A stretch of 64,000 nucleotides of DNA from an uncultured delta proteobacterium. GTDB taxonomy: Bacteria > Desulfobacterota > Desulfomonilia > UBA1062. This document shows positions 10,157-21,418 of the stretch, one piece after another. The DNA lies in the NCBI GenBank assembly GCA_963785235.1, contig CAWAUM010000005.1, forward strand, positions 256,001-320,000. Reading direction: 5' to 3'. The stretch's first letter is position 1; every line of letters begins with the position of its first letter. Below the pieces are notes generated by a model that made no database searches, was not told where the DNA came from, and worked only from the letters and a program-made list of their open reading frames with translations. A program made the translations under genes and the position numbers.

Positions 10157-10210
10157 AAAAAAATAGGATGGCGGTTAGGGCATAGGACGCGCCATCCTTA
10201 AGAGGAGGTT
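10157..10210 (-). ncRNA. Candidate sRNA or attenuator: CCUCCU motif plus intrinsic terminator
   Basis: Minus strand reads aacctcctctt-aggatggcg-N16-cgccatcct-attttttt. Confidence 0.35.
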
Positions 10211-10425
10211 AAATCTTTTTCTATATATTTGGATGCATATCCAAGAAAAAGGATGCATGTAAGAAAGTAATCGGCCGACATCAAAGATATCAGAGCATAT
10301 TTGTTAATAATTACAATTATGCCACACCAGAGGCCATTCTACAGAAATGATCCTATATGAAAGTATATATTTTTTCTGATATACTCAAAGTCCGTTGAAA
10401 TGATGTTTATGAGGAGAGTTGTAAC

Positions 10426-12792
10426 ATGAATAGGATACTGTTCATGGTTGGTGTTGCCCTGATAGTACTTACCGGCATGCTGGTATGTACCAGCCTTGAT
10501 ACCCGAGAGGTTGTTCATGCGGAAAATGCTTCGGTAAAGGCTTCAGGTGACTCTCATGCAATGAGCTGCCGGAAGTGCCATCCCACCTTCTACACGTCCT
10601 GGTCAAACTCCTTTCATGGCCTTTCCATTCAGCCATACACACATGATCTTGCCGGTAATAGGCTTATGCCGCCTGCAAAGGATATTCACACAGGCAACAA
10701 CCGGTACACGGCCGATTTAAAGGGAAGCGAAGGTTATATTGTTGAAAAAGGCAACTGGCCCTGGGAAACCACAAAATATCGCATTGAGAACATCCTGGGC
10801 GGGAAGAATGTTTTTTATTTTCTTACTCTCATTGAAAAAAAGCGATTGCAGATCCTGCCCCTGGCTTACGATGTCCGGACAAAGTCGTGGTTTGATATCA
10901 CGGCGAATGGGATGGTCCATGCCAAAGACAAACACCCTGACTGGAAGGATTCCAACTATACCTTCAGCACTGCATGCTATAGCTGTCATGTGAGTCAGCT
11001 TTCATCGAACTATGATCTGAAGGCGGATAGGTACGTAACAGCCTTGGGTTCATCGGGCATCGACTGCGATACATGCCACGGCCTTTCATCGGAGCATTCC
11101 GGATTATTCCAGCAGGCTGCTCAAAACGGTGTGAAACCCGCGTCACTGAAGATTCTCAGCTTCAAGGATTTGACCTCAGAACGGATTAACTCGGCATGTG
11201 CACCATGCCACGCCAGAATGTCGCCTATTACTACGAACTACACCCCCGGTGAGAGCTTCTTTGACCACTATGACCTTACGACACTGGAAGACCCGGATTT
11301 CTACCCTGATGGCAGAGATCTGGGCGAGAACTACACCTATACCCGGTGGCTCATGAGTCCCTGCGTAAAGTCCGGGCAGCTTCATTGTCTCAAGTGCCAT
11401 ACTGCCAGTGGCAGCTTCCGGTTCACAGATGCTGCAAAGGCCAATAATGCATGTTTGCCCTGCCACGGGGAATATGTTCAAAACCCGGCCGAGCATACTC
11501 ACCACAAGCAAGGTAGCTTAGGCAGCATGTGCATCTCCTGTCATATGCCGAAGACAGGCATTGCCCGCATGCAGCGCAGTGATCACTCCATGCTTCCGCC
11601 AACGCCCGCTGCCACAATCACCTTTAAATCGCCAAACGCATGCACCAGTTGTCATACGAATAAGGAAGCCACCTGGGCGGATAAGAATGTGAGGAAATGG
11701 TACAAGGATGACTATCAGGAACCATTCCTTAAGCGATCAGCCCTCATTGATGCAGCGCGAAGGCTTGACTGGAGCAGGTTGAACGATATGCTTTTCTATA
11801 TCAACGGCAAAGACAAAGATGAAGTCATTGCAGCCTCCCTTGTCCGTCTGCTGAGAAAATGTCCTGACTCGAACAAGATCCCGGTTTTCATCCTTGCCCT
11901 TGGCGATCCTTCCCCCTTGGTGCGTTCAAGTGCGGCAGAAGCCCTCTCCGGGGTGAAAACACCCAAGGTTATTCAGGCCCTTCTTGCAGCAACTGCCGAC
12001 CCAGTCAGGCTTGTACGCATCAAGGCTGCTTCGGTATTGGCACGATATCCGGCAAAAGACCTCGCTGAAACCGGTGACACAAACCTTTCAGGAGCAACAG
12101 GCGAATACCTTGCATCATTGCTTGTACAGCCGGACCAGTGGATTTCTCACTACAATATGGGTAATTACTTTCTTGACCGGGGTGAGAACAATGACGCCCT
12201 CCTGGCTTATGAGACAGCCATAAAGATAGCGCCTAAGGCTGTGCAGCCGTTTGTCAAATCCTCACAGGCTTTTTTAAGGCTCAGGAATATATCCAGGGCT
12301 GAAGTGTGGGTGAATAAGGCACTTCATATCGATCCGAATCACGCAGCCGCCAATTATCAGAAGGGTCTTATCAAGATTGACCAGGGCGACTCAAAGACGG
12401 CTGAAGAGAGTTTGAGGATTGCCCTGAATAACGACCCGCTTATGGCCTCTGCAGCCTATAACCTGAGCATATTACTTGCAAAGGAAAGACTAACCGAAGC
12501 TGCTGCCTGGGCCCGGAAGGCCTACTTGATGCAGCCTGAGACGGAATATGGCTATTGGCTGGCCTCTCTCTTGAAGAAAGACGGCAATTGGGACGGGGCA
12601 TTAGAGGTGCTCAGGCAGGTGATGGGTTCAGACCGGGCATTTGCCGAGGCATACCTGCTCATGGGTGAGATCTTTGAAAATCGTGGAAAGAAGAGGGAGG
12701 CCAGGGATATATACAAGCAGGGGCTTGCTGTTGATGGTCTCCCGGAGAAAGGCCGCAATCAGATTGCCAGAAGGCTCAATTCTCTGCAATGA
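10426..12792 (+). CDS. Exported octaheme cytochrome c with HEAT and TPR repeats
   Basis: Signal peptide; 8 CxxCH (CRKCH, CYSCH, CDTCH, CAPCH, CLKCH, CLPCH, CISCH, CTSCH); DPSPLVRSSAAEAL HEAT; TPR tail. Confidence 0.88.
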   Translation: MNRILFMVGVALIVLTGMLVCTSLDTREVVHAENASVKASGDSHAMSCRKCHPTFYTSWSNSFHGLSIQPYTHDLAGNRLMPPAKDIHTGNNRYTADLKGSEGYIVEKGNWPWETTKYRIENILGGKNVFYFLTLIEKKRLQILPLAYDVRTKSWFDITANGMVHAKDKHPDWKDSNYTFSTACYSCHVSQLSSNYDLKADRYVTALGSSGIDCDTCHGLSSEHSGLFQQAAQNGVKPASLKILSFKDLTSERINSACAPCHARMSPITTNYTPGESFFDHYDLTTLEDPDFYPDGRDLGENYTYTRWLMSPCVKSGQLHCLKCHTASGSFRFTDAAKANNACLPCHGEYVQNPAEHTHHKQGSLGSMCISCHMPKTGIARMQRSDHSMLPPTPAATITFKSPNACTSCHTNKEATWADKNVRKWYKDDYQEPFLKRSALIDAARRLDWSRLNDMLFYINGKDKDEVIAASLVRLLRKCPDSNKIPVFILALGDPSPLVRSSAAEALSGVKTPKVIQALLAATADPVRLVRIKAASVLARYPAKDLAETGDTNLSGATGEYLASLLVQPDQWISHYNMGNYFLDRGENNDALLAYETAIKIAPKAVQPFVKSSQAFLRLRNISRAEVWVNKALHIDPNHAAANYQKGLIKIDQGDSKTAEESLRIALNNDPLMASAAYNLSILLAKERLTEAAAWARKAYLMQPETEYGYWLASLLKKDGNWDGALEVLRQVMGSDRAFAEAYLLMGEIFENRGKKREARDIYKQGLAVDGLPEKGRNQIARRLNSLQ

Positions 12793-12847
12793 TTGATACA
12801 GCAACCTCTTTTATGATCCATGGACTTGTCAACCACGGAGGAAAGTT

Positions 12848-14317
12848 ATGAAAAACAGATCGAACCATCCCAGGATCTATGAGATCAATACATGGGTTTG
12901 GCTTGAGGAACTCAGCAAGGCAGCCGGGACTGTCGTGACGCTTGCCGACGTTCCGAAGGAAGCCTGGAATGCCATTGCAGAGCTTTCCATGGATGCGGTC
13001 TGGTTCATGGGGGTCTGGGAGCGAAGCCCCATAGGTATCGGTATTGCCACGGAAAATGCTGTTCTTCAAGACGAATTCAAAAGGGTTTTGCCGGATTATA
13101 CACCTGCGGATATGATCGGATCCGCTTATTGCATCCGCAGGTACGAGGTGGATGAACGTCTGGGTGGGGCAGACGGGCTTGCAATTGCGCGCAAGGAGCT
13201 TGCAAAGCGGGGCATGAGCCTCATCCTTGATTATGTGCCGAACCACGTGGCACCGGATCACCCCTGGGTTAGAGAATACCCGGAGTATTTCATCCAGGGC
13301 GATTCTGGGGACCTTGAAAATGAACCGGAATCCTTCATGGATGTCAACGGAAAGGTCTTTGCCTGCGGAAGGGACCCATACTTCCCGGCATGGCAGGATG
13401 TGCTCCAGCTCAATGCATTCTCCAAGGGCATGCGCAAGGAGTCCATCAAGACGGTGTCATCCATTGCAGAGCAATGTGATGGCATGCGGTGCGACATGGC
13501 CATGCTGCTTTTGAGTGATGTATATGCAAGGACATGGGGAGAAAAGGCAGGGGTTAAACCAAATACCGAATACTGGTCAGAGGTGATCAGTGCCGTAAAA
13601 AAGAAACACCCGGAAACGGTTTTTATTGCAGAGACCTACTGGGACATGGAATGGGAACTGCTGCAGCTCGGTTTCGACTACTGCTATGACAAGCGCCTCT
13701 ATGACCGGCTTGTTTTTGATACCGCAGAAGGCGTGCGGCTTCACCTCCTGGCTGAGCCGACATACCAGACAAGGCTGATCCGCTTTATCGAGAACCACGA
13801 CGAGCCGAGGGCGGCCTGGGTTTTTTCCAAGGAGAAGGCACGCTCTGCAGCCGTTGTCTTTGCAACGCTGTCCGGGGCAAAGCTCTTTCATGAAGGCCAG
13901 TTCGAGGGAAGGAAGGCCAAGCTCCCGGTTTTTCTGAAACGCAGGCCTGATGAGGGTGTTGACTATGACCTGAAGGCCTTTTATGGCAGGCTGATGGAAG
14001 TCATCAATTTACAGACAATTCGCCAGGGAAGGTGGGGGCTCTGCACGCTTTCCGGGTGGCCTGAAAATTCGAGCTGGATGAATATGGCCGCATGGCGCTG
14101 GCAAAAGGATCAGGAGATATGCCTGATTGTGGTGAACCTTTCAGACATGCGCTCCCAGGCGCGGGTACACCTGAGCGGTGTAACCCTTGAAGGCATGACA
14201 GTGAAGATGACCGATATCATGAACAATGAAGTATATGAGCGCTCGGGCAACGAGATGGCTGAAATAGGCCTATATGTGGACCTGGAGCCGTGGGCTTATC
14301 ATGTGTTGGTGTTTTAA
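12848..14317 (+). CDS. Alpha-amylase family (GH13) glycoside hydrolase
   Basis: DYVPNH, DGMRCDMA, FIAETY, FIENHDE catalytic regions. Confidence 0.9.
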   Translation: MKNRSNHPRIYEINTWVWLEELSKAAGTVVTLADVPKEAWNAIAELSMDAVWFMGVWERSPIGIGIATENAVLQDEFKRVLPDYTPADMIGSAYCIRRYEVDERLGGADGLAIARKELAKRGMSLILDYVPNHVAPDHPWVREYPEYFIQGDSGDLENEPESFMDVNGKVFACGRDPYFPAWQDVLQLNAFSKGMRKESIKTVSSIAEQCDGMRCDMAMLLLSDVYARTWGEKAGVKPNTEYWSEVISAVKKKHPETVFIAETYWDMEWELLQLGFDYCYDKRLYDRLVFDTAEGVRLHLLAEPTYQTRLIRFIENHDEPRAAWVFSKEKARSAAVVFATLSGAKLFHEGQFEGRKAKLPVFLKRRPDEGVDYDLKAFYGRLMEVINLQTIRQGRWGLCTLSGWPENSSWMNMAAWRWQKDQEICLIVVNLSDMRSQARVHLSGVTLEGMTVKMTDIMNNEVYERSGNEMAEIGLYVDLEPWAYHVLVF

Positions 14318-14387
14318 GGATATTCAGGAGAGCCAATTGCAAAACTCACAGGACGTCATTCCACGAGTTCTGCAAATGGATCAGTAC

Positions 14388-16284
14388 TTATTGCTTAACC
14401 CTCTTCAGCACGCCCGGAAAATGATGCTGGTCCGTGTGCGGCAGGAAGAGCGCTGCCATATACTGATCCATATAACCAGGGAAGGTGCTCAGATCGATAT
14501 AGGTCATCCGTTTTGTCAGTGCTTTTTGAAGCCCTCTGAATTCCTGGGACAGGAGGCCAAGCGTTGAACCCTGCAAAGAGGCATTGCCCAGGTAATGGAA
14601 CTTCTCAACCGGTATTTCAGGGAGCAGGCCTATGACCATGGCATTATCAAGGTTGAGGAACCTGCCGAATCCGCCTGCTATATAAAACGTGGAGATATCG
14701 TGAAAGGTGATCCCCATCTGCTTGAGCAGCAAAGAGGCGGCTGAATAGATGGCGGCCTTGGCGCGCATGAGATTGTCGATGTCCGTTTCGCTCAGTATGA
14801 TGGTTCTGCCGCTGCAGGAGTCCCGGGCTTCAGCCAGGGTGTAATAAGCCCGCCTGCCGTTGATGTGTATGAACGGGCAAGGCCGCAAACGGTTGAATTT
14901 TCCAGAAGGATCGATCCAGCCGGTCAGGAAGAGCCCGGCAATAAGGTCAATCATGCCGGACCCGCAAATGCCCGACGGCCTGCCTGTGCCGATGGTGGTG
15001 TAACGGGCGTGGCCGGAATCCGGGTCAATGGTGACCGAGTCAATGGCCCCGGTGGTGGCCCGCATGCCGCAATCAATGCCGCCGCCTTCAAAGGCCGGCC
15101 CTGCGGAACAGGCACAGGTCATGAGAAAATCCTTGTTGCCCACCACGATCTCGCCATTGGTGCCGATATCCATGAAGAGGCAGATATCCTCGGTATTCTT
15201 CACAATGTCAGTGGTGAGGATGCCAGCCGTGATGTCCCCTCCCACATAGCTGCCCACACAGTCAGACAGGGTGACAAAGGCCTGCGCGTGAATATCCAGC
15301 CCCAGTTCAGAGGCCCGTAGTGGTTCTGTGTGGAGCATTGTAGGCGTATAGGGTTCCAGCCGCAGGTATTCCGGTTTGAGACCCAGGAACAGATGCGTCA
15401 TGATGGTATTGCCTGATAAGCGGCAGCAGGTGATCGATTCCTTACTGGTCCGGGAATCTGTGGTGGCTTCTTCAATGAGACGGTTCACGGAATGCACTGC
15501 ACGCAACCGCAGGTCGTCGAGCCTTTCCTTTGTAGCCGCGTAATTGATCCTGCTTATGACATCGAGCCCGCAGTGGATCTGGTCATTGTACCCGTTTCTG
15601 GTTGATACCACCTTGCCGCTTTCCAGGTTGATGAGCTGCACGGAGATGGTGGTGGTCCCCAGATCAACAGCTATCCCAAGGTTCATGGGAGCCTTTTTAC
15701 CGCTTATGATATCAATGACGCGTGTCCGGCAGTCATCCGCGGCTATGGTCAGCGTCACCAGGCCGTCTTGTTCCCGCAGGGTATCTGCAAGTTTCCGGAT
15801 GACCGACAGGGAATAGGTGATGTCCTGATTCGGGAAAAGTGCGTTGAGGCTGCCATCAACCCTGTCAAGGTCCGACAGGCCGTCTTCCCGGCCGGGTTTG
15901 GGGATGGACAGACTGACCTGCTTCGTGAGGGGGGAAAGGTGGGGCAATGCAGGAAAGTGTTCGAAGATGGGATCAATACTGTCATCAATAACCGCATACG
16001 CCGCACCGGCGGATTGATCAGGGATGCTGATGGTTACATCGGTTGTAACTGCCGACTGGCAGGCAATGACAAACCCGGATTCCTTCTCTCTATCGCCTGG
16101 TGCAATGCCCGGTTTTTCCGAGATGGTGCCCTGGTTCACCCGGACAAGACATTTTCCGCAGGTGCCTTTTCCACCGCAGGGAAGGTCGATCATGACCCCT
16201 GCCAGCAAGTGCAGCATCGGAAAGCAACGTGCCGGAAGGGACGTCTATGGTTTTCTTGCTGGGAAGAAAGGTTATTTTCGGCAT
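14388..16284 (-). CDS. acsV: ASKHA-type reductive activator of corrinoid protein (AcsV/RACo, DUF4445); one frameshift near 16200
   Basis: MPKITFLP start in an adjacent frame; 2Fe-2S motif PCGGKGTCGKC...IAC; DLGTTT, DVISRI, DIGTNGE, SAGPAFEG, GICGSG, AGGFG, GNASL. Confidence 0.88.
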
Positions 16285-16310
16285 AATGATTCTATCTTAT
16301 CCTTAATGGA

Positions 16311-16348
16311 CCCCTTACCAATACCCTCTCCAGCAAGGGGAGAGGGTA
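16311..16348. repeat. REP-like palindromic unit
   Basis: ccccttaccaata-ccctctcc-agcaag-gggagagggt, a common intergenic hairpin repeat type. Confidence 0.6.
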
Positions 16349-16560
16349 ATAGAGATTCTTGGCTTTTCTTTATCATACTAGATGTAGATCATCATGCATA
16401 AAAACTTTTTTTAGAACTAACGCACTCATAATTGACAGCCGATACCTGAGCGTTTTTGCATGTTGTACAACAAGATCATGTAATGTATTGTTCAACTATC
16501 AGAAATTACAACTTAAGATGGTCTTCTACGATGAAATGACTTTTGTGGTAAGGAGTTCTC

Positions 16561-17677
16561 TTGCCTGATATCGCCTTGAGAATCATGGTGGAAATAATCA
16601 CCTTCGGTGTCGGGTTATCCCTTGTTTTTGCCATTGCCCAACTCTGCAGGAAAGACAGGGATCAGTCGAACTATCTCAACTTCCTGGTTTTTCTGGGGAA
16701 CAGCATCATCCAGCTGTTTGTCGTGCTGAAGGTGCACAATGTAATCCAGGAGTACCCCCTTGCTTCCTTTCTTACCCTGTCTGCGATTTTCTTTATCGGC
16801 CCTGCAAATTATCTGTATCACTATATCCTGCTGAATCCGGAAAAGGCTGTTTCGGTAAGGCTGAAAATTCAATTCGTCCCTGCGGCAGTCGCCTTCATCT
16901 GCGAGATTTTCTTCCAGTTCCTGCCGACTGAGCTGAAAAAACAGTACCTGGCCCGGTTGATCGATTCTCCGCTGCACCACTGGTTCACGCTCATACTGGT
17001 GATTAGGAGCGACCTTCAACTTCGTCTATTTCCTGATCATGTTCAGGCTGGGGCTCAGTGTGGTCAAGAGTGAAAACATACGGACACAGGTCCTTATCAT
17101 GCTGGGGGCCTTTTTCTCCACGCTGGTATCCATTATCCTTCTCTCCTTTGGGTTTTTGCTCGGCTCAAACACCACGCTGCTCATGGGCGGGATGATTATA
17201 ACACTCATAAATATCTCCATGTTCCTGTCCAACATGAGGTATCCCAACTTCTACCGGCTCATCGAGAACGAGATCAAGAAAAACAGGTACGAAAGGTCTC
17301 TTCTCAAAGGGCTGGACACCGAGGTCGTCTTCGACCGCCTGACCTATCTGATGGGTGTGGAGAATATCTACAAGGATTTCGACTTAAGCCTTGAAGGACT
17401 TGCGCAGATGATGTCCATCACCCCTCACCAGCTTTCCCAGTTCATGAACGAGAGGCTTAAGACCAACTTTCGCAATTACATAAACTCCTACCGGATCGAA
17501 GAGGCCAAGAAGATACTCATCAGTGAGTCGGACAAGAATATCCTCACCATCTGTTACGATGTGGGGTTCAACTCGAAATCCACTTTCAACCACTGCTTCA
17601 AAAAATATACGGACAAAACACCCTCCGAGTTCCGCCTGGAGCATCAGTCAATGGGTAAGGACCGTCCGGATCTATAA
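16561..17677 (+). CDS. Membrane-anchored AraC family regulator; frameshift near 17010
   Basis: Multi-TM N-terminus; HQLSQFMN...NSYRIEEAKK...VGFNSKSTFNHCFKK..TPSEFR. Confidence 0.85.
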
Positions 17678-17790
17678 ATCCGGCCGCCTGAACTGCCGTT
17701 GCCGACAGGTTTGAAACAAGGCTGGGAGCCGGTAAGCCGCAAAATATTAGAAATATTTTTTGCCGGAGTCCGGATCTATGAACCCGGTCG
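17663..17790 (+). promoter_or_regulatory. Pair of palindromic boxes, candidate AraC operators
   Basis: gtccggatctataaatccgg (from 17664) and gtccggatctatgaacccgg (from 17768), 104 bp apart. Confidence 0.6.
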
Positions 17791-17841
17791 ACAGGGGCCT
17801 GTCCAACGTCTATCTTTGGAACATAATTTAGGGGGTGCATA

Positions 17842-18693
17842 ATGGCTAAGAGAGAATTGAATGGCAAAACAGCGGTCATCACCGGGGCGGCCTCCGGGAT
17901 AGGGAGAGGGCTGGCGCTCGCACTGGCAAGAGAGAGGTGCACCATGCTCCTGGCCGACATCAACGAGGCAGGGCTGAAGCAGACCTTGGAGATGGTAATC
18001 AAGTCGGGCGGCAAGGCAGAGATTTTTCTGTGCGATGTATCCAAGCTCGATGAGGTCATGAGGATGGCGGACCACTGCTTCGATGCATGGGGCAGGGTGG
18101 ACATCCTCATCAACAACGCAGGCGTCGCTTCCGTCGGGTTCATGGGCGACATCCCCATAAAGGATTGGGAATGGATCGTTTCCATCAACTTCTGGGGTGT
18201 GGTGTACGGCTGCCATGCCTTTGTCCCCAGGATGAAGAAACAGGGGAGCGGACATATCGTGAACGTGGCATCCGCCGCGGGCATCCTCTCATCTGCCGAA
18301 ATGGCCCCGTACAATGCGACAAAGGCAGCGGTCATCTCCATTTCAGAGACCCTCAAGAGCGAGCTGGCCCCATATAACATCGGGGTGACGGTAACCTGCC
18401 CCACATTCATCAAGACGAATCTCATGGACAAGATGAGATGCACGGACGAGTTCCAGAGGCAGTGTTCAACCACAGGCGTTGACAATGCGAGGTGGACGCC
18501 TGACATGATCGCCGCTCTGGTGATCGATGCCGTGAAGAAGGACAAGCTCTATGTGGTACCTCAGGCGGCGGCAAAGCTCATGTGGATATCCAAACGCATA
18601 TCGCCTTCTGCCTTCTTCGGATTCTTCGCCTTCCTCATGCGCATGGGATGGGCGAGGAAAATCATGCTCCACATGGCACGGCTGGGGTTTTAA
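17842..18693 (+). CDS. Short-chain dehydrogenase/reductase
   Basis: TGAASGIG, NNAG, S...YNATK. Confidence 0.92.
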   Translation: MAKRELNGKTAVITGAASGIGRGLALALARERCTMLLADINEAGLKQTLEMVIKSGGKAEIFLCDVSKLDEVMRMADHCFDAWGRVDILINNAGVASVGFMGDIPIKDWEWIVSINFWGVVYGCHAFVPRMKKQGSGHIVNVASAAGILSSAEMAPYNATKAAVISISETLKSELAPYNIGVTVTCPTFIKTNLMDKMRCTDEFQRQCSTTGVDNARWTPDMIAALVIDAVKKDKLYVVPQAAAKLMWISKRISPSAFFGFFAFLMRMGWARKIMLHMARLGF

Positions 18694-18755
18694 GAAAATT
18701 TTGGAAAGAGGTGTTGTCACATGGAAAAGGAACTGAAAGGAAAAAGGAGGTGTTT

Positions 18756-20259
18756 ATGATTTCAGGCTCAGAGATAAAATCTCTCATGCAGAGGTTTCCC
18801 AAGTTCGAGAATTCTTTCATAGGACTGGAATATGCCCCCAGGCTTCCCAAGGCCATGGTCAGGGAAACCAGGGAACTGGTCGCGTATGCACGGAAATTCA
18901 ACGACAAAGTGGTAAGGCCTAATGCGCTGGCCCTGGACAGGCTGACCCACGAGGATCCCGATTACCTCCCGCATGATCTCATGAAGACGGTGAATGACTG
19001 GGGGTTCTACACCATGTGGGTCCCGAAGATATTCGGAGGCAAAGGGAAAAACCTGCCCTCGCTCTCTCCGGTCATGGAAGAGATATCATCGGCCTGCGTG
19101 GGCATCGCCAATGTCATGGGGGTTACGTATCTCGGCCTCACGAGCCTCATGACATCGTTCAACATGAGGATCACCAACAGGATACTCAAGGATGTGATCG
19201 AAGGCGAGAGGAAGGGAGAGCCCAAACTCATCGCCTTTGCCATCACCGAGCCCGCTGCAGGGACCGACGCCGAGGACATGGACCTCGTGGACAGAGGCAG
19301 GGTGATATGCAAGGCCAAACGGGTGGACGGAGGGTATGTGGTCAATGGACGCAAGGTGTTCATATCCATGGGCCATGTCTCCGAATGGACGGTCTTCTAT
19401 GCCTATACCGACCTGAAGAAGCCCTCGCAGACCATGATCGGCCTCGTGGTGAAAACCGGCACCAAAGGCTTCTCCGTGGGCCGGCATGAAGACAAGATGG
19501 GACAGCGCGTGTGCCCTGCCAGCGAGATCATCTTCGAAGACTGCTTCATCCCGGATGACCAGGTCCTCATCGACTCGTACAGCATGAAGAAGTTCACCAG
19601 CAAGTCCCCTGCCGAGGTCATGATGAGGCACATCGACTTCCTGGCCTCCTCGAGCAAGGCAGGCGTCTGCTCCATCGGCACCGGGGTGGCCCGCGGGGCG
19701 CTGGAAGATGCCCTGAAATTCGCGTCGGCCACCGAGGTCAAGGGCAAGCTCCTCATCAACCATCAGTGGGCGCAGGGCATTCTGGCGGAGATGTACAAGA
19801 ATGTGACCCTGGGGAGGCTTGCCTACCAGGAGGCGAACTATGCCAACTCCAGCCGTGGGGACCTATGACCTGCTCCAGATGAAGCCGGTGTTCTACTACC
19901 TGAAGCTCATGCCGCCGTCATACTTCAAGATGCTCGAGCCCATGATCAACAAGGGTATCACCACCTGGGCCATGAGCAAGATGTATTTCGACCTGAAGAA
20001 GCAGGCCAATGTGGACTGCTGCTCGGGAATGTCCTCGCTGGCGAAGGTCGCAGGCACGGACATCGGCATGAAGAACTGCCAGCTTGCCATGGACCTCATG
20101 GGCGAGGCCGGACTGCGCCAGGACATGGGGATGGAGAAACGCCTGCGCGACGCCAAGCTGCTGCAGATCTATGAAGGCTCGAACCAGATGAACAGGCTCA
20201 TTATGTTCAAGGGCCTCATCGCCCCGTCCTGTCCGCAGGCACGGGTTTTTGAACAGTGA
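18756..20259 (+). CDS. Acyl-CoA dehydrogenase; frameshift near 19860
   Basis: FAITEPAAGTD, NGRKVFIS, EDKMGQR, RDAKLLQIYEGSNQ. Confidence 0.85.
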
Positions 20260-20273
20260 GAGGGGGTAGAGAT

Positions 20274-21394
20274 ATGATTACTTCTTTACTGCATGACGAA
20301 ATGAAGTCCTTCGAGGATCTTGCCCTGAATTTCGCGGTCAAGGAGCTGGCACATCGCAGGGAGGTGAGCGACCGGTATCCGTTCAGTCCCTTTGACAACA
20401 CCGTCCTGGCCAAGGCCCACGAGCTCGGGTTCCTGGGCATAACGCTGCCCGAAGACCTGGGCGGCATCGGGCAGGGGATAAGCACCCTGTGCGTGGTCCT
20501 GGAAAGCATCTGCCGGACGGACGCCAGCCTGGGTGCAATCATATTCACCAATGCGCTTGCCCAGGAGATCATCCTCCGGTCCGGGTCGGGGGAACTGCTC
20601 CGCGGATGCCTCGCATCCCAAGGGAGCCCTCATCGGCATTTTCCGCATACAGCAATCCGGAGGAGCACAAGGATCTCCCCCTGGCAGCAAAAGGGAAGAA
20701 GGGATATACGCTCTCGGGCTCGGCCAATTACGTCGTCCTTGCCCCGATTGCGGCACATGCCCTGATCCCGGCAAGGATATCCGGCCAGGAAGGGTATTCA
20801 TTCTTCCTGGTGAACCTGTCTCACCCCAAGGTGAAAAAGAGCGAACCTGTCTTCAGTCTCGGGGTCCATGCATGCCCGGTGGCCGATCTCGCCCTGGATG
20901 GGGCCGAAGCCGTGCTGGTGGGCCAGGAAGGCAAAGGGGCGGCAGAGCTTCAAGGAGGCAGTCGGGCATGATGTATGCCGCCGCTGCAGCAATCTCGCTG
21001 GGGATCATGAGAGGCTCTTTCGACTATGCGCTGGCCTACAGCAATGAAAGGGAACAGGGCGGATGTCCAATCGTCAACTGGTCCATGATCAAGACCATCC
21101 TGGCGGACATGGCGATACAGATGAAGATCGGGGACATGGCCGTGAGCGGCGCCTGCAGCGCCATAGAAAAGAAGATGGCAGGATGGGACCTCTGCGCCAA
21201 GACCGCAGCCCTGTCATGTCCAGGATGCCGCCTGCCAGGTGACCACCGAGGGCATACAGGTCCTGGGCGGGTACGGCTACATGAAGGACTACGGCCAGGA
21301 AAAGCGGTTCCGTGACGCCGGGCAGATCAAGACGCTTCTCGGCATGGCCCCGCTGAGAAAGGTCGAGCTCCTGGATCAGATGAACACCAGATGA
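20274..21394 (+). CDS. Acyl-CoA dehydrogenase family protein; several frameshifts
   Basis: ELGFLGITLPEDLGG, YSNEREQGG, IQVLGGYGYMKDYGQEKRFRD across frames. Confidence 0.78.
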
Positions 21395-21418
21395 TAGGTG
21401 AAGAGAGGATGTGAGCAT

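Noticed and set aside
16285-16560. Cobalamin riboswitch upstream of acsV (also checked upstream of the Mes-like and radical SAM genes)
   Set aside because: No B12-box or other conserved core motifs recognisable by eye.
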